The notes under the pieces are model-generated. The model searched no databases. It had not been told where the DNA came from and was given only the letters and a program-made list of their open reading frames with translations. Shown here piece after piece: positions 28,191 through 36,799 of a DNA stretch of 64,000 nucleotides (positions are counted from its first letter, which is position 1; each line of letters opens with the position of its first letter). This DNA comes from a virus: IMG/VR virus record IMGVR_UViG_3300010346_000998. One strand, 5' to 3'. The position numbers and the translations under genes were made by a program.

Positions 28191-28817
28191 TTATCCTATT
28201 TCAGAAAGAATGTTACGAATAATATCGTCAGTACGTTCCCAACGATTAGTTGTTGGATTTTTATATTCAACTCCCTCGGAAAGTGAAACTTGCCCTACTG
28301 GACTCATAAATGCCCCCTGTGTTGATGGATTTGATACAAAATCAAAAGCAATTAATTCAAAGTCATCTCCGACGACGGCGGCATTCTCAGAGATTTTTTT
28401 AAGAGTACCAAGTCCACGACTCGATATACCAAGTTTAATTCCATTTCGAAAAAGCTCGCGTAAAATGTTTCCGTTAGGAGTTGTAAGAACTTCAACAGTT
28501 CCAACAAGGTCATCGCCATCCCAATGCATTTCTGTTACTGTATGAGATACATTTTTAAGATTGACGACGGATGATTCGGGATGGTCCAATTCTCCCATAG
28601 CTCGTCGGTCAGCAATAAATGTTCGGGCATATTTATCGGCCTCACGTATAAGAACTTCGTCTGGATAAATTCTTCCATTCTGATTTTTCTTTCCTTTTCG
28701 TTGCAAAATTCCTCGCACCATAAAAGGCTGATTTGGATTTGCCGCAGATTCTTTAAGCATTTGCTGGTCTGCCTCAAATGTAATGCATTCGACTAAAAGT
28801 TTTCTATCTGAGTTCAT
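28191..28817 (-). CDS. Prohead core protease, T4 gp21-like
   Basis: NQNGRIYP, AMGELDHP (His), LGISSRGLG (Ser) and FDFVSNPST motifs. Confidence 0.95.
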   Translation of the reverse strand: MNSDRKLLVECITFEADQQMLKESAANPNQPFMVRGILQRKGKKNQNGRIYPDEVLIREADKYARTFIADRRAMGELDHPESSVVNLKNVSHTVTEMHWDGDDLVGTVEVLTTPNGNILRELFRNGIKLGISSRGLGTLKKISENAAVVGDDFELIAFDFVSNPSTQGAFMSPVGQVSLSEGVEYKNPTTNRWERTDDIIRNILSEIG

Positions 28818-28831
28818 ATTTTTAAAATAAT

Positions 28832-29245
28832 TTATGAAGCATAAGCTAAAATTTTATATTTTTCTCCACTGGGAAATAAATGTGTTGGTGCATATAATGA
28901 TTCCCATTGGAATATTATTTGGCTGTTAGAAATTTCAGGTAAATTATTAAACGGCGTTTGTCCCTCTAATTTTTTACGATAAAAATTAAATTTCCTGTTG
29001 CCACTGGCTCCCATAAGTAAATCAAGAGTTGCTGTTTCAATTTGAAACCCGAGGTCCCACAAAGCCATTGCCGCCAATTGAAATCCATGTTCTGGTTTTC
29101 TAAAAATTTTATCTTTATTAAGCCCTATATTTTCAAACTTATTATTAATAAGAAAACGTTCTTTTTTAGTTAAAATGTTACGAGTTTTATTTTCAATAAT
29201 GACCTCAGATATACATTCTTTTATAAATGTTTTAATATGTTTCAT
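28832..29245 (-). CDS. Hypothetical protein with FIKEC leader (ILAYAS domain)
   Basis: Start moved to ATG 29245, just after the upstream stop: MKHIKTFIKECISEVIIE; paralogous to the C-terminus of 26892-28175. Confidence 0.7.
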   Translation of the reverse strand: MKHIKTFIKECISEVIIENKTRNILTKKERFLINNKFENIGLNKDKIFRKPEHGFQLAAMALWDLGFQIETATLDLLMGASGNRKFNFYRKKLEGQTPFNNLPEISNSQIIFQWESLYAPTHLFPSGEKYKILAYAS

Positions 29246-29247
29246 AT

Positions 29248-30123
29248 TTATGAAAACGTTTTCTTTATACGAACAATCCATTTTCCTTCTTCTAATACGG
29301 GGTCAAATTTAACTAATGAATATTGAGCTCTTTCATTTTTTTCTGGATTTGAAATTGTATTATTTCTTTTCAATATATCTTGTATCATTTGAGCATTAAT
29401 TTTAGTTTTAACCATATCAAATGGTATTTGTAATTCAAATATTGCTACAGATGTACGATTATCAAGCTTTTTTTTCCACCCCTGTTTTTTAATAAATTCT
29501 TGAATTTGAGTTTCTGGATTTTTAAAAAAGACGGGCAACCATTGTTTAACATCTTCTACAATATTATCTACTGAATAAGCATCAAAAACATTATTTTTGT
29601 TTTCCGATTCCTTTATCTTAGTTTCAGGAGGGGTTTGTCCCGCCGGTGCTAAAGCCATAGGTTGTGACTGAGATATATTAGAATTCTGCCCTGGCTGAGT
29701 CGTCGTCGGGTCCGTTGGTTTCGATTTTTCAAAGCGAGGGTCTCCGCCTTTCTGCGGAGAAGGTTTTCCTGTAGAAGGTCCGAGAATTTGAACCTTACGT
29801 CCAAATCCCGTTTTAAGGAAATACTCCTTTGGTTTTGGGGTTGTATTATCATATGCTATTACAACAAAATTATCATAACCATCTTCAATTTTAATATTCG
29901 CAACATCGAATTCATATTCTTTAACAAATTGCTTATATCCGCGAGAAGCACTTGCTTTTATTCTTTTCCCCACAAGATACGTGGCCATTTTCTTTTCATA
30001 GGTTTGTTTTATTTGCTGATTAGACCCTTCTATCATTCTATTGAAAGCCGCAAAATCCGCCCCAATATCATAATATTGATTCTCAGCCCCGTATTGCTCT
30101 ATAATATGTGATAATTTAATCAT
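29248..30123 (-). CDS. MIKL-leader hypothetical protein
   Basis: Begins MIKLSHIIE; lies in the head module. Confidence 0.7.
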   Translation of the reverse strand: MIKLSHIIEQYGAENQYYDIGADFAAFNRMIEGSNQQIKQTYEKKMATYLVGKRIKASASRGYKQFVKEYEFDVANIKIEDGYDNFVVIAYDNTTPKPKEYFLKTGFGRKVQILGPSTGKPSPQKGGDPRFEKSKPTDPTTTQPGQNSNISQSQPMALAPAGQTPPETKIKESENKNNVFDAYSVDNIVEDVKQWLPVFFKNPETQIQEFIKKQGWKKKLDNRTSVAIFELQIPFDMVKTKINAQMIQDILKRNNTISNPEKNERAQYSLVKFDPVLEEGKWIVRIKKTFS

Positions 30124-31556
30124 TATACAAATCCACCCAATATTTCTCCTTTATTTGTCATTAAATCAACATTTCCACGTTCATTAATATGCCAAATATT
30201 TAAAGAAATTCCGTTTTTCTCAAACCATTGATTAATTAATTGAAATTTTTCTTCATCTTCTGTACCCCGAGAAGCTATTGTTTCCTTTACACTTCCATGT
30301 GCTACATAATAAGCAGCTCCATTATCATCAACATAAATATATTCCCCGTCTCGGTCTTCTTTCCACATCTGGTAAAGTTTTTCTGCACTATATTCTCTTG
30401 ACTCTTTCAATTTTTGTTTTGAAGATTTAAAATTAAATCTTGAGGATTCATATAGTCTATCGGCTGGCCGCTGTAATTCTTCTCTCCCATCGGAAGTCAG
30501 TGTATATTCACTAGGTTTTATATTACTTTTTCGGCGAGATGAATTATTACCTGCAAATGCTCCCGGTATATTATATCCTTGAACATTACCAGTTGTTGTT
30601 ATTTCATCAATATCCTTTTTGCGGGGAATTGTTTTCTTTTTATTTTTTGAACTATTCTTTTTTATTTCTTTAATAGTTCCCTTGATAATATATTCTAAAA
30701 GAGATTTGAATTGTTGTTTAGTTATATATCCTTCTTCTAAAGGTTGAATGACTCCGCTTTTAAGAAAATCTATTATGATTTTTTTATCAACAGGATGTAA
30801 AGTTAAAGCTCTTTGATGTAAATCAATAATTTCATCTGCGGGCATACGGATAGGATGTGGTTTTTCGGGGTTATAATGATATATTTTAAATAATGTGTTT
30901 AATAGATTTCTAGCCACATCTCCCGGCTTATATGAAATTGAATTTCCTACTTTAGAACGGGTTGGAGGAAGAATTGACGATGAAGGTTTAGATGACTTAC
31001 CCGTAGTTAATGTTGAATTTTCTTCTTCTTCTTCTTCGGATTGTTTTAATATTTTTTGAATATCTGACGGGGAATAATCTTTCCCAGATTTTTCTTCTTT
31101 AGAAGGTTCCGTAGCCACTCCTCCCTCTTCTTCATCGGTGAATGTTTCACCAGCAGGAATATTATCTCCCGCCTCTTCTCCTGTTCCAAAGTCTTGTCCT
31201 GTAAGTTTTCCATATACAATAAAGAACGCATTGGCCTTTCCCATTGGATATTCGTCATTACCCGATATCCATTTTTTAATATTATTAATACTTAATAACC
31301 GGACAAGAGTGTTTTTAAAAACCCAAATAATTAATTCATTAGGAGCAATATAAATGGATTGATTTCCATATTTATATGCATTATCTTCTTCATCCCATTC
31401 ATATTCAGCATCCGTTAAAATGGATTCGTATTGGTCTGGAAGTTTTATAAAATAATGTGAAAATTTAAGTGCGTTTTTAATATCTGGTAATCTGGACAGG
31501 GGTGCAACTCCAAACCTATTATTTAATTTCTTGAGAACGTTAATATCTATTATCAT
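30123..31556 (-). CDS. Hypothetical head-module protein
   Basis: 477 aa with acidic linkers; IDEITTTGNVQGYNIPGAF motif; several [LI]-x-E sites. Confidence 0.7.
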   Translation of the reverse strand: MIIDINVLKKLNNRFGVAPLSRLPDIKNALKFSHYFIKLPDQYESILTDAEYEWDEEDNAYKYGNQSIYIAPNELIIWVFKNTLVRLLSINNIKKWISGNDEYPMGKANAFFIVYGKLTGQDFGTGEEAGDNIPAGETFTDEEEGGVATEPSKEEKSGKDYSPSDIQKILKQSEEEEEENSTLTTGKSSKPSSSILPPTRSKVGNSISYKPGDVARNLLNTLFKIYHYNPEKPHPIRMPADEIIDLHQRALTLHPVDKKIIIDFLKSGVIQPLEEGYITKQQFKSLLEYIIKGTIKEIKKNSSKNKKKTIPRKKDIDEITTTGNVQGYNIPGAFAGNNSSRRKSNIKPSEYTLTSDGREELQRPADRLYESSRFNFKSSKQKLKESREYSAEKLYQMWKEDRDGEYIYVDDNGAAYYVAHGSVKETIASRGTEDEEKFQLINQWFEKNGISLNIWHINERGNVDLMTNKGEILGGFV

Positions 31557-31576
31557 TGTATTTTCCTCGTTTAAAT

Positions 31577-32461
31577 TTATTTTTCTTTAAGCTGCTTATT
31601 TACTTCCCTCAATAATTCATAAGATAACATTAATACCATTACATGATTATCTTTAACAATTTTACCAGGATTAATTTTATCTATCTGATTAATAATTTCC
31701 CGAATTTTAATTTTCATTACATCTGAATCTTTAATTTTATCTATTATTTCTGTTAAAGATTTTTTAATTTCTGTAATTTTTTGTTTTACATATATACTAA
31801 AATTATTTGTATTTGCAATATTACAAATATATTCTCGCAAAACTTCTTTCTGGTCATCACTTAAAGTACTTGCATATTTATTATTAAATTTTTCACACAA
31901 AAGCTTATAAGTAAGCAATCGTATATCTTCGGATTGGGATTTATAATAATTAATAATCTCTTCATCCGTTTGTTTAGTTTTTGGGCGGTCAATAATATGT
32001 TCTACTATACAATTTTTAGCTTGATACACTTCTTTAATATCAAATTTACTTTCAGAAGCCGAAATATCTTCAAAAACTTTATATATGGAAGCTAAAACAC
32101 GATAATTTCGCACTGGAGCCTTTAACAGTTCTTCAATTGGATATGTTTCTTTAATTTCTTTAATTAAATTATATTTAAGAAGAGCAAGCTTTTTATTATT
32201 TAATTTTTTTCGGGATTCTAAAATTACAGAAAAAAATCGTTCTGCATGGGATTCATCTTTAATTTTATCATTTAAAAGAGTATTATATAATTGCCATTCT
32301 CGTCCAAGTTCAGTAGATTCTTTAAAATATTTATGCAGCAAATCTTTAGCTGGCGAAAAATCCCTTCCTGTAATAATATCTGCGGTTACTTGTTTAGTAA
32401 GTAGCTCGAATAAAATTCCAGTATTTCGGAATTTAGAATGACGCTTTTTCTTAAGTACCAT
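31577..32461 (-). CDS. Hypothetical helical protein downstream of the portal gene
   Basis: 294 aa, HSKFRNTGILFELL N-terminus; head-module position. Confidence 0.75.
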   Translation of the reverse strand: MVLKKKRHSKFRNTGILFELLTKQVTADIITGRDFSPAKDLLHKYFKESTELGREWQLYNTLLNDKIKDESHAERFFSVILESRKKLNNKKLALLKYNLIKEIKETYPIEELLKAPVRNYRVLASIYKVFEDISASESKFDIKEVYQAKNCIVEHIIDRPKTKQTDEEIINYYKSQSEDIRLLTYKLLCEKFNNKYASTLSDDQKEVLREYICNIANTNNFSIYVKQKITEIKKSLTEIIDKIKDSDVMKIKIREIINQIDKINPGKIVKDNHVMVLMLSYELLREVNKQLKEK

Positions 32462-32486
32462 ATATTTTTTATTTTATTCTTTATAT

Positions 32487-32494
32487 TATAAATA
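32487..32494 (-). promoter_or_regulatory. TATTTATA upstream motif
   Basis: Coding-strand TATTTATA about 25 nt upstream of ATG 32461. Confidence 0.45.
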
Positions 32495-32566
32495 TAAACA
32501 AATAAAAGGAAACTTATAACATTATAAGAATAGATTAATGTTTATATTTATATTGTCAAATTTACA

Positions 32567-35500
32567 TTATTCTAATATCTGAGATTCATCTAGCAGGGAT
32601 TTACTTCCGGTAAGACGATTTTCTTCCAAAAGTTCTTTTTTGGTCTCTGATTGAGATTTTTTAAGAAAATTTGAAAGGCTTGTAATCATTCCATCATCTA
32701 CAGTACGAGTTTTCCGCTCTTTTAGACTTAATGGCGAACCTCCCGCATAATTGTGACCAATGGCACTTGAAGATTTCCCTTCGCTTTTTTCCTTATGTGT
32801 TTCATCGGTTGCTAATGCTCCCAGGGGGTCTTCCGAAATATTCGGAGATTTCTTTTCACCCGTTTGGTCTCGGCCACTTGGGTATCGGTCTCTACGGTCT
32901 CGCTTACGGTCCCTTTTACGTTCTTTATGGAGTTCCATCCTTTTCTTTTCTGTAATTTCTTTTATGGCCGAAAGGTCCGGTGCTTTTCCTGCCTCGCCGC
33001 CGCCGCCACCGCCACCTCCTCCTTCTTTTCCAAGGTCTCCTAAATCTGGTAGGGGTTTGTCAAGACCTCCCCCGCCGCCTAACAGGTCTCCTAAATCGGA
33101 CTCTCCTCCCCCTCCTCCACCTTCCTCTTCTTCATCCCCCCCAAGTTTAATTTTCTTGTACGGCTTGGCCGGGTCATCCCCATCTTCTTCTATCCTCGTG
33201 AAACGAAAACGTTGCTTGGCATCTTCAACAATTTCTTCTTGTACCTGTTTTATATCATCTTCAGACATATTGAATATATTTCTATAAATCCATTTATAAG
33301 GAAAAATTTTATTATCAATCATATCAATGGATACGCTAACTTTATCTTGCCAAATTTCAATTTTTTCTTTTTCAAAAATAGTAGATGGATTAGTTAATTC
33401 AATTTCAAAATCAACAAGCGACTCGTCCCGATATCCTTGAGCATATAAATGAATAATAGCTATTTTGCTTAATTCGGATGCAATAATACGTTGTAAACGT
33501 TGAATAGTGCGAGCAAAACGAACATCTTCTGAAGCTAAAGTTGCTTTACCAGAAATACCCTCTTCAAATCCCAAAAATGCTTTGGGAATTTTAAGAGCAG
33601 ACATCATTTTTGTTTTAATATATTCTAAATCATCAATTCCGGTCCATTCCATTCCGGATAAAGTATCAATTCGCGTTCCACTATCTCCTCCACGAACAGG
33701 AATGTAATAATCTTCAATCATATTCTGAAGATTAAATCGTAAGTTATATTCTCCCGTTTTTTCATCAATATATGGTACTTTTTTCAATTTATCCATCATT
33801 TTTTGCATGTAAGCATCGACTTCATTGGGAGGGATATTTGCAATATCAGTATAAAAAATTCGCCTCTCAGGAGCACGCATGATTCGGCTAATAAGCATAG
33901 CATCTTCCATAAGTGAAAGCTGTTTCCAAACACGACGAGCCCCCTCAATCATAGAATTATGTACAATAATTCCGTTTGATATAAAATTAGAATTGGAAGA
34001 ATCCACCTGAATATCGAATGTTTCTTGTTCACCGATATTTTCTATTTTTGTTACTGGATATAAGAAAATATTATTTGAATGGACAAAATCATATTTTTTG
34101 AGTTGAGATTTTTCTTCTCCATCAAGATAGAAATAAATATAATAAGACTTGTTGCGATTACATTTGATTCCACAAATTTCCGTCTCTCCTTCAAACCCCC
34201 GAGTTTTTACGTTGGAACATTTTATGTTTAATCTTCCGAGTAAAGATTTAATATCTTCTACTAACTCTTTATTATTTAATTCAATGGAATAGCGATTAAC
34301 ATTCCATTTATCTGTAAAAATGCTTCCGTCTGCATCTACTAACCCTTGAATAAATTCCCGCTGAAATTCATCAGACATTTCATAAACCCAATGTGGTATT
34401 CGCTTTGTGGTCACAGTCCCTCTAAAACCATTAACATAAAGAAATTCTGCTAATAATTTAGAATCAACATATGATTGTCCTCCTGAATTTTCTCCGGGGG
34501 GTAAAACAATTACATTTTTACCACTATATTTGGCAAGAATGCTATCATATTTTGAATTTGTAGTTTCATTTATTCCTCTTGCAAAGCTTACTCGATTGAA
34601 GTCTTGATTTATCCATCCATCCCCTATCATAAATCCAAAAAATCTTGCAAATTCTAAATCGATATAGTCTGGAAGATTTAATATATTATTTTTCCATCCA
34701 TTATGATTTCCCTCAGTCAATAAAGTTTTATTAAGAGGCATTTTGTTTGCTTTTCGATGCTTATTGGATGTTATAACCAACAAATCATTTATATTGATAT
34801 CTTTAGCCTGTTTATATTCTAAACATGACTTATTATTTTGAAATACCAAAATCGGATGAGTAGCACTACATTCTATTTCATTATGTTGTGTTGAAATTTT
34901 TAATGTTTCTTTAACACCCGAATTACATATATTTAATACATTGGAAAGTTCATAAATTTTGGTGTTCGTATTAAATGTCCATACTTTATCTCCAACTTCT
35001 ATTTCATTTATTCGTTTACATCCAAATTCTGTTTCCACATAGTTATTAGCAGTTAAACATTTACCATATGGCAAAAAATTACTATCTGAAATAAGACGAA
35101 AATGAGCCACCTCATAATTTTCTAAAATTTCAGCCTGTGATGTATCGGCAGGACGAACCTGAAATTTTACATAGCGTTTATTGAACGGGTCAGAATTCTC
35201 AATTCGCTCTACATTATACGCCGATATTGGTTCGACCATATAAATTCCATATTCCGGGGTAATGTATAATTTAAGGTAAAAATCTCCATATTTACACATG
35301 TTACGAACCCAAGACCATAAGTTAAAACGAACATTGAGAATTTCATCATATAAATTTTCAAGAATTCGTTTTACGTTATCATTATTTGAATGTACCGTAA
35401 TCATCTTACCCAATTCATTATAGGTAAGACACTCGTCGGCGTAGATATCGAGTGCTGATGAAAGGATGGGGTCCATGTCCATAGTGTTTCCTACGAAACA

Positions 35501-36682
35501 ACTGTCTGTGGCGAAGTTATGATATTTCTCTACGGTAACATCATAAACTTCAATCTCACCAATACATTCAATAGATACTATTTTATGATTCAATGACAAT
35601 TCAACTTCATTCTTAAAAGATTTCCAATTATATCCTTTCTTTTTCAAACGATTCTGAAGGGTAGAATGGTCACAATGTATATGTTTAATAAAATCCCACA
35701 AATTTATTTTAGAGTTTTCTTTATAAAATTCTAATGCTTTTTCTTTAACATTAGAAAAAGTTATATCCCCTCGATATTTTGGATTATGTTCTCCCGTTTG
35801 ATTTCTATTCTTAAATACTTTTTTAAGAGTTTTAGAACGAATTTCGTTTGATTTTTTCGGGTGGGGGTTTCCAAAAATATGTTCATTCTTCGTCATTATT
35901 TGTAAATTATCAGGAGAATTGTCATACCCATTGAAATTTTTATGATGAACTACTTCATTGTTATTTAACGGACGCATAAATTGCTCAGCAATAATAACAT
36001 GTTCAGACTGCCATCCCTTGGAAAAATTGTACAGTTTTCTATATTTATTATATTTACAATTGTAATTTTTCTGATAAAAAGGCATTACCGAGTCGCCAAC
36101 CCTAAGTTCGTATATCATTTTATATGACCCATCTCTCATCATAAATGGATGCTTTAAACTTCCAATGACATATTGTCCATTATCAAATGTTACCTTATAT
36201 CCTAAACGAGTTCCTTTTTTCTTGCGAGGATGATATGCTTTCCCAAGTTTTACCGAGTTGGTTTCATAATCATATGAAAAGACCCAAAAACGTTCTTGAG
36301 GATTATTTTTGTATTTTTCGGTCAATTCTGCTATAGTTGGGTTAGACCCATCCGGCAACGGTATAATGGTATCTGGCCCAATGCAATCATAATCACGAAA
36401 CAAATCCATACGAGCTGCTTGATAGGATAAAGCAAAATCTCGGGTGTATGCATTATAAGCGGTACTACGAATTCGATTAAAGCGGTCTCGAAGACTATTT
36501 CTATCCGTAGCATACATTATGCTATCGGTATCTTTTATTTTCAGCTGTTTCCCACCAACATTACGAACAATAACATCTGTAGAAAACAGTCTTTTTAACC
36601 TCGCGTATAGCGATTGCCTTTTTACATCGAGAACATCATCCTCAAATGGTTTAGTAATTTTATGATTTGGAGTCGTTGGCAT
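32567..36682 (-). CDS. Portal protein, T4 gp20-like, with two inteins (spliced length 703 aa)
   Basis: DPILSSALDIYADE, YGDFYL, EDAMLISRIMRAPERRIF, EDYYIPVRGG...IDTL and ALKIPKAFL; follows the terminase gene. Confidence 0.95.
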   Translation of the reverse strand: MPTTPNHKITKPFEDDVLDVKRQSLYARLKRLFSTDVIVRNVGGKQLKIKDTDSIMYATDRNSLRDRFNRIRSTAYNAYTRDFALSYQAARMDLFRDYDCIGPDTIIPLPDGSNPTIAELTEKYKNNPQERFWVFSYDYETNSVKLGKAYHPRKKKGTRLGYKVTFDNGQYVIGSLKHPFMMRDGSYKMIYELRVGDSVMPFYQKNYNCKYNKYRKLYNFSKGWQSEHVIIAEQFMRPLNNNEVVHHKNFNGYDNSPDNLQIMTKNEHIFGNPHPKKSNEIRSKTLKKVFKNRNQTGEHNPKYRGDITFSNVKEKALEFYKENSKINLWDFIKHIHCDHSTLQNRLKKKGYNWKSFKNEVELSLNHKIVSIECIGEIEVYDVTVEKYHNFATDSCFVGNTMDMDPILSSALDIYADECLTYNELGKMITVHSNNDNVKRILENLYDEILNVRFNLWSWVRNMCKYGDFYLKLYITPEYGIYMVEPISAYNVERIENSDPFNKRYVKFQVRPADTSQAEILENYEVAHFRLISDSNFLPYGKCLTANNYVETEFGCKRINEIEVGDKVWTFNTNTKIYELSNVLNICNSGVKETLKISTQHNEIECSATHPILVFQNNKSCLEYKQAKDININDLLVITSNKHRKANKMPLNKTLLTEGNHNGWKNNILNLPDYIDLEFARFFGFMIGDGWINQDFNRVSFARGINETTNSKYDSILAKYSGKNVIVLPPGENSGGQSYVDSKLLAEFLYVNGFRGTVTTKRIPHWVYEMSDEFQREFIQGLVDADGSIFTDKWNVNRYSIELNNKELVEDIKSLLGRLNIKCSNVKTRGFEGETEICGIKCNRNKSYYIYFYLDGEEKSQLKKYDFVHSNNIFLYPVTKIENIGEQETFDIQVDSSNSNFISNGIIVHNSMIEGARRVWKQLSLMEDAMLISRIMRAPERRIFYTDIANIPPNEVDAYMQKMMDKLKKVPYIDEKTGEYNLRFNLQNMIEDYYIPVRGGDSGTRIDTLSGMEWTGIDDLEYIKTKMMSALKIPKAFLGFEEGISGKATLASEDVRFARTIQRLQRIIASELSKIAIIHLYAQGYRDESLVDFEIELTNPSTIFEKEKIEIWQDKVSVSIDMIDNKIFPYKWIYRNIFNMSEDDIKQVQEEIVEDAKQRFRFTRIEEDGDDPAKPYKKIKLGGDEEEEGGGGGGESDLGDLLGGGGGLDKPLPDLGDLGKEGGGGGGGGGEAGKAPDLSAIKEITEKKRMELHKERKRDRKRDRRDRYPSGRDQTGEKKSPNISEDPLGALATDETHKEKSEGKSSSAIGHNYAGGSPLSLKERKTRTVDDGMITSLSNFLKKSQSETKKELLEENRLTGSKSLLDESQILE
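33956..35059 (-). mobile_element. Portal intein 2 (368 aa), LAGLIDADG type
   Basis: Starts CLTANNYV after LPYGK; FFGFMIGDG and GLVDADG motifs; ends NFISNGIIVHN followed by Ser. Confidence 0.93.
35486..36385 (-). mobile_element. Portal intein 1 (300 aa), HNH-endonuclease type
   Basis: Starts CIGPDTIIPL after RDYD; block B SLKHPF; HNH-like EHVII...VHHKNFNGYDNSPDNL...H; ends HNFATDSCFVGN followed by Thr. Confidence 0.9.
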
Positions 36683-36735
36683 AATCTTTCTTATATTTTA
36701 GTATGTATGTGTCAAAAATGCTTTTAAAATCTTCT

Positions 36736-36743
36736 TATAAATA
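36736..36743 (-). promoter_or_regulatory. TATTTATA upstream motif for the portal gene
   Basis: Coding-strand TATTTATA about 53 nt upstream of ATG 36682. Confidence 0.45.
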
Positions 36744-36799
36744 TTAACTTAAATGCCATTATTTTAATAATATACACTTTCTATTTTATAAATTTTAGG

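Noticed and set aside
32760-33287. 175-aa Pro/Ser-rich + strand ORF
   Set aside because: Antisense to the Gly/Glu-rich portal tail; open only because of low complexity
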